A model generated the notes under the pieces. That model had not been told where the DNA came from. It made no database searches and was given only the letters and a program-made list of their open reading frames with translations. A stretch of DNA of 64,000 bases from an uncultured bacterium (GTDB lineage Bacteria > Planctomycetota > UBA1135 > GCA-002686595). The translations under genes were made by a program, and so were the position numbers. Shown one piece after another: positions 27,473-37,518 of the stretch. The stretch's first letter is position 1; each line of letters starts with the position of its first letter. The stretch covers positions 1,280,001 to 1,344,000 of the forward strand of contig CALSNU010000001.1 in assembly GCA_943787795.1 (NCBI GenBank), read 5' to 3'.

Positions 27473-28563
27473 TGGGCACCACAACCGAGACGACCGGTGA
27501 GTCGGGGGCTACGGCCGGGTCGGCAGCGCCCCTCGTGGTCCGCGCGGCGCTATCGACAGATACTGCGGCAATGGACCGGTTCGTTCTCTCTGCGGAGGAC
27601 GGGACGTTCTTCCACCTGTCGGGCTGGACGCGCGCGGTCGTGGACGAATTCAAGCACAGGGACCGATCCCTGGTCGCTCTCCGCGGCGACCAGGTCGTCG
27701 GCGTCCTGCCGCTGACTGAATGCGGGGGGGTGCTTGGGGGCCGGTCGCTGATCTCCAACGCCTATGCGGTCTACGGCGGCCCTGCGGCCGCGGACCGGGA
27801 GACCGAGGTGGCGCTGGTGCGCGCCGCGGAGGAGCTGGCTGTGGCCGAGGGCGTGGGGCGCCTGGAGCTGCGATGCAAGCGCGACCTCGACCTGGGGTTC
27901 GAGCGGCTCGATCTCCACGCGACCTTCATCCGCGAGCTGCCTGATCAGGCCGAGGAGGTGCTTAAGCGCATGCCCAAGAAGGCGCGGGCGGATGCTCGCA
28001 AGGCGCGCGAGGGGCACGGCCTGACGCTCGTGGAGGGCCGCTGGTATCTGGGCGACCTCGTCCGCCTCTTCCACGCGAACAAGCAGGCTCTGGGCTCGCC
28101 GGCGCTGCCCGCCACGTTCTTCGCCCGCCTGCTCTCGAACTTCCCGGACCACTCCACGATCCACCTCACCAAGCAAGGGGATGAGCCGGTCATGGCGGTC
28201 ATGTCGTTCCTCTTCCGGGATCAGGTGCTCGCGTACTACTCGGGCTCAGCTCCGGACGCGGACCGGCGGTGCAAGGCCAGCGGGTTCACCTACATGGCCC
28301 TCCAGGAGTGGTCCGTCCGCGCGGGCTATCGGCTCTTCGATTTTGGGCGGAGCCGAAAGGGGGCCGGTGCGTTCGCCTTCAAGGCGCGACAGGGCTTTGA
28401 GGCGCAGGACCTGTACTACCAGGTGCGCCTCGTCCGGGATCGCGCGCTGCCGAGCCTCAACCCGTCCAACCCCAAGACGCTGGTCCTGCAGCGTGGATGG
28501 CGCAGCCTCCCCGCGGGCCTCGCTCGCCGCCTCTCGACCTCGGCCTCGCGCTACCTCCCCTGA
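27472..28563 (+). CDS. FemAB-related GNAT protein (XrtA/PEP-CTERM system type)
   Basis: TFFHLSGW, GVLPL, YAVYGG, FDFGRSRKGAGAFAFK, LNPSNPK; TGATG overlap. Confidence 0.9.
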   Translation: MGTTTETTGESGATAGSAAPLVVRAALSTDTAAMDRFVLSAEDGTFFHLSGWTRAVVDEFKHRDRSLVALRGDQVVGVLPLTECGGVLGGRSLISNAYAVYGGPAAADRETEVALVRAAEELAVAEGVGRLELRCKRDLDLGFERLDLHATFIRELPDQAEEVLKRMPKKARADARKAREGHGLTLVEGRWYLGDLVRLFHANKQALGSPALPATFFARLLSNFPDHSTIHLTKQGDEPVMAVMSFLFRDQVLAYYSGSAPDADRRCKASGFTYMALQEWSVRAGYRLFDFGRSRKGAGAFAFKARQGFEAQDLYYQVRLVRDRALPSLNPSNPKTLVLQRGWRSLPAGLARRLSTSASRYLP

Positions 28564-28752
28564 CGGGCGGTCGCGGTCGGTGGGGGGGAGCCTCGGCCAG
28601 GGCGCGAACGAGAGCGTCCCGCCGCCGAGCTGGCGATCGGGCACGGCCGAGGGGCTCCGTCGCCCCGGCGCGAGCCAAGCGGACATCCTCGGCGAGTCTC
28701 CTGCGGCGCAGAGAGCCCTGCCTGCCAGGTGCACGGGGGCCCGCGCCAGGCG

Positions 28753-31700
28753 TCAGCCCTGGAAGCCGGACTGGAAAGCCCCGCGAAGGTCGTCCACGCC
28801 GAGATCCACGAGGGTCTTTCCCGAGACCCCCTTGATGACCAGGCGGTCCTTCTTCGAGATCCGTCCGATGGGGGTCGTGGCGATGCCCATCATCTTGGTC
28901 TGGAAGTTGAACTTCTTGCCCTGCTCGACCTCCACGAGGAAGCGCGTGCAGGACTCGGAGAACAGCAGGGTGGCGTCCGGGTCATAGCCCTCGCCGAATG
29001 CCTCACGGTCGATGACCGAGAGGTCGATGTCCGCGCCCAGGCCTCCGGCCATGCACATCTCGGCGGCGGCGACCGCGAGGCCTCCCTCCGAGAGGTCGTG
29101 GCAGGCTCGCATCTGGCGCAGCTTGGTGGCGCCGTGGAGCTTGCGGAGACAGGAGGGTGCTCGCTCCAGGTCCGGGCGAGGGACCGTCCCGCCCTCGAGG
29201 CCAAGCATGTCGAGCCACTCGGAGCCGCCGAGCTCCGCGTTGGTGACTCCAACCAGGAGCAGCAGGTTGCCGGGCTGCTTGGCGTCCATGGTGACCGCAT
29301 TCGCGACGCTCGGGACGCGGCTCATGGCCGTGACATAGAGCGTGGGGGGGATGGAGAGGGTCTCATCGCCCACGCGGTACTCGTTGTTGAGTGAGTCCTT
29401 GCCAGAGACAAACGGGGTGCCATAGGCCATGGCCGCGGAGTAGCAGCCGCGGCTCGCGTGCACGAGAGCGCCGAGGCGATCGGGCTTGTCGCAGTTGCCC
29501 CAGGAGAAGTTGTCCAGGATCGCCGTGTGGTCGGGGTCGCCGCCGCAGGCCACGACGTTTCGCATGGCCTCATCGATGACGGCCTCCGCCATGGCCTCGG
29601 GGTCGAGGACGCCGTAGCGAGGGTTCGCTCCGCAGCCGAGGGCGACGCCCTTTCGGGAGTCGGGGAGCGGCCGCAGGATGATCCCGTCGGAGGGGCCGTC
29701 GGCGCGCTCGCCGCTGAGCGGCTTGATCACGCTCATCCCCTGCACCTCGTGGTCATATTGGCGAATGATCCACTCCTTGCTGGCGATGTTGGGCCTGCCG
29801 AGCAGGGCGAGCAGGGCGGCGTTCCAGGGCTTCTCGATGTCCTCGAACGTCTCGGTGTCACCGGGTCCCGGGCAACCGGGATCCGCGTGGTCGGGGGCGA
29901 TCCACTCTGCGCGCCGGGTGGGGCGCGGGGTGCCCTCATGGAGGAAGTGCATGGACATATCACCCACGACCTCCCCCTCGTAGCGCAGCACGAGACGGCC
30001 CGTGTCGGTGTACGTGCCGATCGCGGAGGCCTCGACCTCCTCTGACTCGAAGACGGCGATGAACTCCTCGAGGTTCTCGGTGGGAACGGCGAAGACCATC
30101 CGCTCCTGGGCCTCGCTGATCCAGATCTCCTCGGGGGTCAGGCCGGGGTACTTCAGGGGGACCTTCTCCAGGTCGACGTCGGCGCCGCACTCGGCGCCCA
30201 TCTCGCCGACCGCGGAGGAGAGCCCGCCCGCGCCGCAATCCGTGACGGCCCGGTAGAGCTTGAGGTCGCGGGCCCTCAGCAGTCCGTCGAGGACGCGCTT
30301 CTCCATGATCGGGTCGCCGATCTGAACGGCGGCCGCGGACACCATCTCGCTCTCCTCGGAGAGCTCGATGGAGGAGAAGGTGGCGCCGTGGATCCCATCG
30401 CGACCCGTGCGTCCGCCGACGGACACCACGATGTCCCCTGCGAGGACCTCCTTGGAGGCGCAGTCCCGCGGGATGAGCCCCACGGTGCCGGCGTAGACCA
30501 GCGGGTTGCCCACGTAGCCCTCATGGAACCAGACGCCGCCGGACACCGTCGGGATGCCCATGCGGTTGCCGTAGTCGCGCACGCCGTCCACGACGCCGCG
30601 CAGGATCCTGCGCGGGTGCATGGAGCCCTTAGGGACCTCCTCTTCGGGGAGGTCGGTGGGCCCGACGAAGAAGGCGTCGGTGTTCGCGATGGGCTTCGCG
30701 CCGAGGCCGACTCCGAGGATGTCTCGGATCACGCCGCCGATGCCGGTGCCCGCGCCGCCATAGGGGTCGATGGCGCTCGGATGGTTGTGGGTCTCGACCT
30801 TCACGGCAAGGCACCAGCCGCCGCGCTCCGGGTCCACGTCCGGCTCGAACTCGACGATGCCGGCGTTGTCATGGAAAACGCTGACGCACCAGTCCTTGTC
30901 GAGGTCGAAGGTGGCCTTGGCGATCGTCGACTTCAGGAGGTTGTCGATGACCTCACCGTCCATCTCGATCACGCCTCGGAAGGTCTTGTGCTGGCAGTGC
31001 TCGCTCCAGGTCTGCGCGATGGTCTCCAGCTCGCAGAGGCTGGGCTCGCGGCCCTCGGCGGCGTAGTGCCCCTGGACCTCCCTCATCTCGGTCAGGTTGA
31101 GGGAGAACGCCCCCTCGGTCGAGAGGCGCACGAGGCCCTCATCGTCGAGCGAGCTGATCGGGACCTCGACGCGTCCGTGCCGCGGGCGGGGCTCCGGCGC
31201 GCCGTAGGGGAGCGCCTCGCTCCCGATGGAGATGGCCTCGATGACCTCGTTGGCGAGGGCTGCGCGCGCGGCGCCATCCAGCGCGTCGACATCGGCCCCT
31301 TGCGCCAGCGTGATCTCCCAGGCCCGGAACGTGGACACGACGCCTCGGCTCTCGGGCGGCAGCAATCCATCGTCGCGGAGCGCATCTTCCAGGGTCTGGG
31401 CCACGGGATCCATCACACCCGGCTTGCGGGCGACGAGGACGCGGTGGGCGCCGGGGGTTGTGGTGGGCGCCGCCTTCGGGGCCGTGACCCGTACGTCGTC
31501 GACCACCGGGTCCACCAGGAACTCCTTCATGGCGCGCTGCCGAGCGGCCTCGTCAAGGCTCGGTGGGAGCAAGTAGCCCCGACCGAGGCGGACCGTGGCG
31601 ACTCCGTCAAGGCCAAGCTCCGTCAAGGCAGCCTGGGCGTGGACACCCTCGGGATCGTCGACGCCTTCGCGGCGGAAGACCTCGAAGCGCCAGGCGTCAG

Positions 31701-31767
31701 GGAGGGGCGAGCTGCTGGCAGGACCGGCGGCGCCGGACCCGGGAGAGGCCATTTCGGTGGAAGTCAT
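28753..31767 (-). CDS. purL: Phosphoribosylformylglycinamidine synthase PurL with N-terminal PurS-like domains
   Basis: QTWSEHCQHKTF, KVETHNHPSAIDPYGGAGTGIGGVIRD, TGRDGIHGATFSS, DCGAGGLSSA, SEAQERM, QYDHEV, SGKDSLNN, HDLSEGG. Confidence 0.97.
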   Translation of the reverse strand: MTSTEMASPGSGAAGPASSSPLPDAWRFEVFRREGVDDPEGVHAQAALTELGLDGVATVRLGRGYLLPPSLDEAARQRAMKEFLVDPVVDDVRVTAPKAAPTTTPGAHRVLVARKPGVMDPVAQTLEDALRDDGLLPPESRGVVSTFRAWEITLAQGADVDALDGAARAALANEVIEAISIGSEALPYGAPEPRPRHGRVEVPISSLDDEGLVRLSTEGAFSLNLTEMREVQGHYAAEGREPSLCELETIAQTWSEHCQHKTFRGVIEMDGEVIDNLLKSTIAKATFDLDKDWCVSVFHDNAGIVEFEPDVDPERGGWCLAVKVETHNHPSAIDPYGGAGTGIGGVIRDILGVGLGAKPIANTDAFFVGPTDLPEEEVPKGSMHPRRILRGVVDGVRDYGNRMGIPTVSGGVWFHEGYVGNPLVYAGTVGLIPRDCASKEVLAGDIVVSVGGRTGRDGIHGATFSSIELSEESEMVSAAAVQIGDPIMEKRVLDGLLRARDLKLYRAVTDCGAGGLSSAVGEMGAECGADVDLEKVPLKYPGLTPEEIWISEAQERMVFAVPTENLEEFIAVFESEEVEASAIGTYTDTGRLVLRYEGEVVGDMSMHFLHEGTPRPTRRAEWIAPDHADPGCPGPGDTETFEDIEKPWNAALLALLGRPNIASKEWIIRQYDHEVQGMSVIKPLSGERADGPSDGIILRPLPDSRKGVALGCGANPRYGVLDPEAMAEAVIDEAMRNVVACGGDPDHTAILDNFSWGNCDKPDRLGALVHASRGCYSAAMAYGTPFVSGKDSLNNEYRVGDETLSIPPTLYVTAMSRVPSVANAVTMDAKQPGNLLLLVGVTNAELGGSEWLDMLGLEGGTVPRPDLERAPSCLRKLHGATKLRQMRACHDLSEGGLAVAAAEMCMAGGLGADIDLSVIDREAFGEGYDPDATLLFSESCTRFLVEVEQGKKFNFQTKMMGIATTPIGRISKKDRLVIKGVSGKTLVDLGVDDLRGAFQSGFQG

Positions 31768-31929
31768 GGGGGGCTCGGCGGGGCTCCGCTGGCCCGTTCA
31801 GATGGGCTGGCCGCGCGCCGGGCCCCGATAGTAGTGCTGGAGACCGTCAGAAGGAACGAGCCTCTTGCTTGCCCGTCGGGGATCAGGTGGGGAGGATATG
31901 CGGGAGGCCGCTCCGCGGCAGGATCAGTC

Positions 31930-32922
31930 ATGTCCACGGAAGAGAAGACCAGAGAACCGGCCGGGCTCCCCTTTGAGCGCGACATCCAGGAGATGGAGCG
32001 CAAGCTGGTGGACCTTGAGGAGCAGGCGGGGGATGACCTCGACATCTCGGACGAGGTGCGCGCGCTGCGTTCCAAGCTCAAGGAGAAGCTGGTCGAGACC
32101 TACGCTGGACTCTCGGCGTGGGATCAGGTCACCGTGGCGCGCCACCCGGACCGTCCCGTCACGGGAGATTACGTGGTTGGGGCGTTTGACGAGTTCATCG
32201 AGCTCCACGGGGACAAGCAGTACGGCGATGACCCCGCCATCGTGACGGGGCTCGGGCGGATCGGCGAGCGCCGTTTCATGCTGGTTGGACACCGAAAGGG
32301 CCGCACGACCAAGGAGCGGCTGCGCTGCAACTTCGGCTGCGCCCACCCCGAGGGGTACCGCAAGGCGCTGCGGAAGATGCAGCTCGCAGAGCGGATGGGG
32401 CTCCCGATCGTGACCATGATCAACACCCCTGGGGCCTACCCGGGGATCGGCGCCGAGGAGCGCGGGCAGGCCGCCGCCATCGCGGAGAACATCCTCAAGA
32501 TGTTCGAGCTGAAGGTGCCGGTGATCGCCTACGTGATCGGCGAAGGCGGATCCGGAGGGGCGCTCGGGATCGGGATCGCCGATCGCGTGCTGATGCTGCA
32601 ATACGCCTACTACTCCGTGATCTCCCCTGAGGGCTGCGCCGCCATCCTCTGGAAGGACGGCGCGCGCTCACCGGAGGCGGCCGAGGCGCTTGGCCTGACC
32701 GCCAACATTCTCCAGGGGCTGGGGATCGTGGACGGGGTGGTGCACGAGCCCCTCGGCGGCGCTCACCGCGACACCGACGTCATGATTCGCTCCATGCGCG
32801 ATTCCATCGTCGAGCAGCTCGACTCTCTCGATGGCATCGACGGCGAGACGCTGGTGGCGAACCGGCGGGAGAAATTCAGGCACATCGGCGCCATCGACGG
32901 GCGCTTCCCCTCGCCCGCCTGA
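31930..32922 (+). CDS. accA: Acetyl-CoA carboxylase carboxyltransferase alpha subunit
   Basis: ARHPDRP, ELHGD, PEGYRKALR, TPGAYPGIGAEERGQ, GEGGSGGAL, YSVISPEGCAAILWK, EPLGGAHR. Confidence 0.98.
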   Translation: MSTEEKTREPAGLPFERDIQEMERKLVDLEEQAGDDLDISDEVRALRSKLKEKLVETYAGLSAWDQVTVARHPDRPVTGDYVVGAFDEFIELHGDKQYGDDPAIVTGLGRIGERRFMLVGHRKGRTTKERLRCNFGCAHPEGYRKALRKMQLAERMGLPIVTMINTPGAYPGIGAEERGQAAAIAENILKMFELKVPVIAYVIGEGGSGGALGIGIADRVLMLQYAYYSVISPEGCAAILWKDGARSPEAAEALGLTANILQGLGIVDGVVHEPLGGAHRDTDVMIRSMRDSIVEQLDSLDGIDGETLVANRREKFRHIGAIDGRFPSPA

Positions 32923-33189
32923 GGGCCGGGTCAACGTGCGGTCCGCGGGACCTCTGGCTGGGATGTGGATCATTGCGGGACCGAGTCTTGCCCAGTCTCG
33001 CGCCAACGGTCGCGTCGCTCAATCGTACCGGCCTGGGTGCGAAGCTCCTCACTGCGACAACGGCGACTCGATTCCCCAGCCGGGATCGTCCCCTCGAGGA
33101 GGGCACCTGCGGCTGTCACGTCGGCGGCTGTCCCCTCACGTGTTTCCTCGGGTGATCCTTCGGTTGATCCGGCTGGGGGCGCGGTCGTG

Positions 33190-33942
33190 ATGGGGCCCGG
33201 CGAGAGCGCGGGAGACGCCGCCGAGCAGGCCCGTCGCGAGGCGGCTCAAGCGGACCATGCGCTGGTTCGCAGGGCCCAGGCTGCGGACGAGGAGGCCTTC
33301 GGTGAGCTCGTTCGGCGGCACCAGGGTCGGGCCTACCGGGTGGCGCGGAACCTCGTCCCTTCGGATGAGGACGCCCAGGACATCGCTCAGGAGGCGTTCC
33401 TCCGGGTCTTCCGGAACCTGGAGCGCTTCAACTTTGACCACGACTTCACCACCTGGCTCTACCGCATCGTGACCAACCTGTGCATCGACTTCCTGCGCAA
33501 GCGGCGCGTCGCCATCTCGGTGTCACGCGGTCGTGAGGGGGAGGACGGCGTCGAATCTGCGCTGGAGCTCGAGGATCACAGTGAGCCTGCGCCCTGGGAG
33601 TATGCGGAGGCGACGGAGACGGCGGCCGAGGTCCATGAGGTCCTCTCCTCGCTCGCCCCGCACTTTCAGTCGGTCCTCACCCTCCGCGAGATCGAAGGCC
33701 TCGGCTGCCCCGAGATCGCCGAGATCGTGGGCGCCACCCATGTCACCGTCCGGTGGCGGCTGCACCGGGGGCGCAAGCTCTTCCAGGAAGAGTGGGAGCG
33801 CCGGGCGCGGATGCGTCAGCAAGGCGCAGCCAATCTCATTCAGAGCGGAGGCGTCGCGGGAGCTTCGAATTCTGCGCCAACGCCAGGGAACGAGCGACGT
33901 ACTGACCAGGAGAAGAGCCGCGACGAGGGCACCCGATCATGA
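33190..33942 (+). CDS. ECF RNA polymerase sigma factor
   Basis: Region 2 (AFGELVRRH..DAQDIAQEAFLR..FTTWLYRIVTNLCIDFLRKR) and region 4 (LREIEGL..EIAEIVG..TVRWRLHRGR). Confidence 0.95.
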   Translation: MGPGESAGDAAEQARREAAQADHALVRRAQAADEEAFGELVRRHQGRAYRVARNLVPSDEDAQDIAQEAFLRVFRNLERFNFDHDFTTWLYRIVTNLCIDFLRKRRVAISVSRGREGEDGVESALELEDHSEPAPWEYAEATETAAEVHEVLSSLAPHFQSVLTLREIEGLGCPEIAEIVGATHVTVRWRLHRGRKLFQEEWERRARMRQQGAANLIQSGGVAGASNSAPTPGNERRTDQEKSRDEGTRS

Positions 33943-34610
33943 GACGAGATGGCGATGGAAACGATGGCAGGGCTGGCGAAGGTCAGACCATTCGAACCCG
34001 AGAAGAGTTCGAGTCGTCCCTCCCGCTGTTCGTCGGCGGTGATCTGGACCCTGCGGATGAGCGAGCGGTCGAAGGGTGGCTTGTGCAGCACCCTGAAGAT
34101 CAGGAACTGTTGGACGCCGCCGCGCGGGCCCGGGTCGTGTTGAAGGAGCACGGTCAGCGGGTGCGCGCGGCGGAGGTTCCTGACCTCTGGCCGGGGGTGC
34201 GCCGCACCCTCGGCGAGGTCGGGGTCTTGCCCTCCGCGGCGGAGGTCCGACAGCCGACGATCGTGGCGGGCTGGAACCGGGGATTCGCGGCGGCAGCCGC
34301 GTTGGCTCTGGTCACCGGGCTCGGCTTCTTGATGAGCGATCCTGGCACGCCGCAGGTGGCTCCCCAGGGCCCCGAGGTTTCCAACTCGATCGCTGGCACT
34401 TCGGATTCGAGGCCGGCGGGTACGTTTGGAGCGGACGCGGAGGTCCAGCTGGTCGGGAGTCGCCGCCAAGGCGCGCCCCTTCGTCGGCCGGGGCCGGACG
34501 GAGAGCACCTCATCGACGAGGCGCCGCTGGTGCCGCTCTGGCAGGTGATCCCTGTGATGGATCCCGCTGGCGGGTCCGCGGGCTCCCAGCTCGCCAGCGA
34601 CCGCCGCTAG
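33939..34610 (+). CDS. Putative transmembrane anti-sigma factor
   Basis: ATGA overlap with the ECF gene; ASD-like N-terminus (LPLFVGGDLDPADERAVEGWL), PDLWP, single TM. Confidence 0.8.
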   Translation: MRRDGDGNDGRAGEGQTIRTREEFESSLPLFVGGDLDPADERAVEGWLVQHPEDQELLDAAARARVVLKEHGQRVRAAEVPDLWPGVRRTLGEVGVLPSAAEVRQPTIVAGWNRGFAAAAALALVTGLGFLMSDPGTPQVAPQGPEVSNSIAGTSDSRPAGTFGADAEVQLVGSRRQGAPLRRPGPDGEHLIDEAPLVPLWQVIPVMDPAGGSAGSQLASDRR

Positions 34611-34814
34611 GGGCGTGACCTGGGGTGGGCGGAGCTCCGCGCGACGCGGCCTGGGGTTGAGCCGGGCTGTGCGGCGAGCACCGTTGAGTCATGTCGCGCA
34701 GGGTCTCGCACTCTCCAAGAGTGCCGCGCCGACTTCAGGGAAGACGCCGGTGGAGGCGCGTGCGGAATCAGCTCGCAGCCGCAGAAAGAGCCGCAGTGGA
34801 GCTCACCGGGCCAG

Positions 34815-34844
34815 CGCGCAGGATCCCACCGCGCAGGATCCCAG
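34815..34844. repeat. 15-bp tandem duplication (CGCGCAGGATCCCA[C/G]) just beyond a stop codon
   Basis: Two adjacent copies, 3 nt past the stop of the 34848..35948 gene. Confidence 0.8.
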
Positions 34845-34847
34845 CGC

Positions 34848-35948
34848 TTAGCCCTGGTTCGAGGTGGCGATCGCCCGGTCGCAGCGCTCGACGAAGTCGT
34901 AGGCCTTGCGGATATCAGGGTCCTCGAAGCTGGCGGTCCGAGCCCGCAGCTCGATGAAGCGCTCGATCGAGGTGCGCGCCTTGACGAACTCGCCCAGGTC
35001 GAAGAGGAGCTGCGCCTTCAGGCTGTGCGCCTCAGGTAGATCTGGCTGCAGGATGAGGATCTCGTCGAACTCAGTCACGGCCTCGTTGTACCTGCCGAGC
35101 TCCTCGAGCAGGAACGCGATGTGGAGCCGGGTCTTCACCTCGAACTCACGGTTGGAGCGCCTGTTGTCGAGCAGCCTCGTCTCGTCCTCCGCGCTCAGGC
35201 CGTCGTCTTCAAGCTGGATCATCACGAGGCGCTGAGAGCTTCGGATGGAATCGATGAGCTCGCGGCTGAAGGCGATGCTCTCATCCATCTCTCCGAGCAG
35301 GGCCGTGGTGCGGACCAGGCCCCCCAGGGATTGGGGCTCGCCAGGATAGATCTCTCGCGAGAGGAGGAAGTGCTCCTTGGCTTCCCTCCACTGGCGTCGG
35401 GCCTCGGATTCGAGCTCCGCCGCCCGCTGCGCACGATCGGGGGCGTCCGTCGGCCGGCTCCCGTCGCGGACACCAGAGGCCGCTTCGTCGTAGAGCACGC
35501 CCGCCCGCTCCACCGCCGCGCCCCAGAACATCTGCACGCGATAGTCGTCCTTCGCGGGAATGGACTCGAAGATCTCGATCGCAGCCTGGATGTCCGCCGA
35601 CGTCCCCTGGAGCAGCTTGCTCTGACCGTAGATCAGCAGGAACCGCTCGTTCTTGGGCTCGATCTCAAGCGCTCTGAAGGCCTGGTCCTCAGCACGGGCG
35701 TTCTCGCCCATGTTGATGTACCTCATCGCGTTCTCGAAGTAGAGCCCGAGCTTCTCCTTCTCCGTCAGCTTGGGGCGCCCGTCATCCTCCGTCTCCCGCG
35801 TCGAGCTGCAGGAGGCAAGGCTGGTGCCGAGAAGGGCGAGTAGCGCGAGGGCCGCGATGAAAGTGCTGGCGCCCCTCGCTGCCCCGGGCGAGCGGGTCAA
35901 TGAGCCGGGGAAGCGGGTCAATGAGGGGGTGGAGAGGCGTGTGAACAT
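34848..35948 (-). CDS. TPR-repeat lipoprotein
   Basis: Lipobox LASC after a hydrophobic stretch; TPR motifs (RALEIEPKN, LGRYNEAV..ILQPDLPEAHSLKAQLLFDLGEF). Confidence 0.85.
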   Translation of the reverse strand: MFTRLSTPSLTRFPGSLTRSPGAARGASTFIAALALLALLGTSLASCSSTRETEDDGRPKLTEKEKLGLYFENAMRYINMGENARAEDQAFRALEIEPKNERFLLIYGQSKLLQGTSADIQAAIEIFESIPAKDDYRVQMFWGAAVERAGVLYDEAASGVRDGSRPTDAPDRAQRAAELESEARRQWREAKEHFLLSREIYPGEPQSLGGLVRTTALLGEMDESIAFSRELIDSIRSSQRLVMIQLEDDGLSAEDETRLLDNRRSNREFEVKTRLHIAFLLEELGRYNEAVTEFDEILILQPDLPEAHSLKAQLLFDLGEFVKARTSIERFIELRARTASFEDPDIRKAYDFVERCDRAIATSNQG

Positions 35949-35953
35949 CGGAG

Positions 35954-37498
35954 TCAGGACGGGGTCGGGGGGTCGTGGGCTCCGCGCAATAGTGCATCGA
36001 GCCGGTGCTGTTGCATACGAACCTCCAAGATCCGTCCCCCAGAGAGGGCCACCAGTCCCGGCTTCGCCCCCTTCGGCTTGTGGATGTGCTTGCGTTGAGC
36101 CACATGAACCGGTGCCCGGTCGGTTCCGCGGATGGGGGAGAAGTGGATCGCGAGATGAGCCGCGTCCAGCAGCTCCTCGTGGTCGGGCTCCTTGCCCTTG
36201 GGGGTGCACAGCACGACGTGGCTCCCCGGGCAGTCCGCGGTGTGGAGCCAGAAGTCCGATCCGCGGGCCAGGCGGATCGTCAGGGTGTCGTTGTCCTTAG
36301 ACGTGCGCCCAACGCGGATCTCGGATCCGTGGGACCCGACGAAAGAGCGGTACGGCTTGCGGGGCGCTGGAGCCTTGCGCTTGCGCACGTCGGCCACCTG
36401 GCGCGGGTCGAGCAGGCCGGCCTCGACGGCCTCCGCGTCGAGCTTTGCAGCGTCGACGTCTCGATCCTCGGCGCGCTCTGCCAGCTCGTTGAGCATTGCC
36501 ATGCGGGCGCGGGCGCGGTCCAGCTCCTCGTCCACCGTGGCGCGCGCTCGTTCGAGCTTGTGGAATCGATCGAAGAGCTTCTGAACGTTCTCGGTGGGCG
36601 CCAGCTTCGGGTCGAGCTCGATGGTTCGCTCCGGCGTGCCCTCGGCGAACCAGTCCTGAAGGCGGACCTCGCGATCGCCGCGCTTGATCGAGCCCAGAGC
36701 GGACTTCAAGAGATCGCCATCCATGCGGACGCGCTCGGCACCGCTGGCCGCGCTGGCCTTGGCCTCCAGCCCATCGAGCAGAGCCCGGGTCCGGGCGACT
36801 CGCCGCTTGACGCGCTGCCGGAGGGTCTTCCGCGCGTCCGCTTCGTGAGCCTCGGCTGCAGCAGCGCCAAGGGAGCGCTCCACCGCCCACGAGAGCGGTG
36901 CGCGGTCCTTCACCCTGCCTGGCGGCAGGTCTTCAGGGGTTCCAAGGGCCTCGAGCAGCCCATCGGCGGAGGGGGGAGGGGGCTTTCCCGCCCCTGGCGC
37001 GGTCCAGGGGCTGCCCACGGCGAGGCGCGGGTCCTGGCCGGCCTTTGAGGGCGGGGCTGCGGCCATGGCGATGACCCGGTCGGCGGCTCCCATGAGGATG
37101 AGGTTCGCTCGCCGGCCGAAGAGCTCGAGGAGCAGAGCGCGGCGCCCCTCGTCCCCGCGCAGCTCCACAAGCACCATGCGGTCGCCGCGTACCGGTGCGA
37201 TCGAGCGCACGGTCGCTCCGGCGAGGTTGGCGCTCAGCGACTGAAAGAAGGGGCCCACGGGCCCGTCATGTCGCTGCAGCCGGCCCTGCTGGAGGTGGAC
37301 TCGCGGCGCGCTCGGGTCTGCGGCGAGGCGGAGTCGCAGGACCGCGGGCCCGTCCTCGTCGTCCCTGTCAGCGGGGGGCTCGAGAATGAGCAGGACGTCC
37401 CGGGGTGGGAACCCCTGGACGTCCTTGACGGTCCAGCCCGCGAGAAGCGGCTGGAGCTCATCGCACAGCTCGGCGACGTGATGAGCCGTCAGGCTCAC
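35954..37498 (-). CDS. NFACT family protein (RqcH/FbpA-like ribosome quality control factor)
   Basis: DRMV, LLLELFGRRANLIL, IELDPKL..ENVQKLF, IRVGRTSKDNDTLT, DFWLH..PGSHVV, KPKGAKPGLV; GTG start 37498. Confidence 0.92.
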   Translation of the reverse strand: MSLTAHHVAELCDELQPLLAGWTVKDVQGFPPRDVLLILEPPADRDDEDGPAVLRLRLAADPSAPRVHLQQGRLQRHDGPVGPFFQSLSANLAGATVRSIAPVRGDRMVLVELRGDEGRRALLLELFGRRANLILMGAADRVIAMAAAPPSKAGQDPRLAVGSPWTAPGAGKPPPPSADGLLEALGTPEDLPPGRVKDRAPLSWAVERSLGAAAAEAHEADARKTLRQRVKRRVARTRALLDGLEAKASAASGAERVRMDGDLLKSALGSIKRGDREVRLQDWFAEGTPERTIELDPKLAPTENVQKLFDRFHKLERARATVDEELDRARARMAMLNELAERAEDRDVDAAKLDAEAVEAGLLDPRQVADVRKRKAPAPRKPYRSFVGSHGSEIRVGRTSKDNDTLTIRLARGSDFWLHTADCPGSHVVLCTPKGKEPDHEELLDAAHLAIHFSPIRGTDRAPVHVAQRKHIHKPKGAKPGLVALSGGRILEVRMQQHRLDALLRGAHDPPTPS

Positions 37499-37518
37499 CG
37501 CCCTGGGGCGCGGCTCTC

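Noticed and set aside
30388..31929. Long N-terminal extension of accA given by the ORF track
   Set aside because: It is the antisense shadow of purL; AccA homology starts at ATG 31930
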